In this document: positions 63,801-64,000 of the stretch, piece after piece | Layout: the number at the start of each line of letters is the position of its first letter | Position numbering within the stretch: position 1 is the first letter of the stretch | Assembly: GCF_963921235.1 (NCBI RefSeq) | Contig: NC_086107.1 | Location: forward strand, 108,750,001 to 108,814,000 | Source of the DNA: Mobula hypostoma | Taxonomy: Eukaryota | DNA length: 64,000 bases | Direction: 5' to 3' | Notes under the pieces: model-generated | The model's input: only the letters and a program-made list of their open reading frames with translations | Told to the model about the DNA's origin: nothing | Databases searched by the model: none | Translations under genes and position numbers: made by a program

Positions 63801-64000
63801 GTTGCGTGTCCTCCTGATGTCCCAGAGTTTTCCCAGGATCTTCAGGAGGGTGATGGAATGCTCTCCATCTCCTGTGTTTATGAATTCCTCCTACTCCACT
63901 GCAAAGTCTCTTTGAGGTATGCCTACCCTGAAGAAGTTTAAACCTCTTCAGTGGGAATTCAGTGAGGCCTTCCCTCACTGCTCTTGTTCTATTATCTCTG

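Overview
Eukaryotic, repeat-saturated non-coding DNA. The mix of CR1, Rex1/Babar, Penelope and HE1/Deu-type SINEs suggests a cartilaginous fish, probably a ray/skate (inferred from repeat content only). No intact protein-coding gene, rRNA, tRNA or CRISPR is visible, and almost all listed ORFs are decayed transposon fragments or artefacts of repeats. Recognisable elements are CR1, Rex1/Babar, RTE and HERO LINE fragments, Penelope-like elements carrying minimal hammerhead ribozyme motifs, several SINE families, solo LTRs with target-site duplications, and Tc1, hAT and Chapaev3 DNA transposons. The window probably lies within the long introns of a minus-strand gene: a 13-nt microexon candidate (16610-16622) and a 47-nt exon candidate (1791-1837) together give an in-frame 20-aa peptide. 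Other notable structures are a 33-bp minisatellite resembling the DeuSINE core, a near-perfect 48-bp-arm palindrome, a local inverted duplication, and a pair of old LTR-like repeats that provide each other's empty insertion sites. Most repeat boundaries are approximate unless a TSD is quoted.
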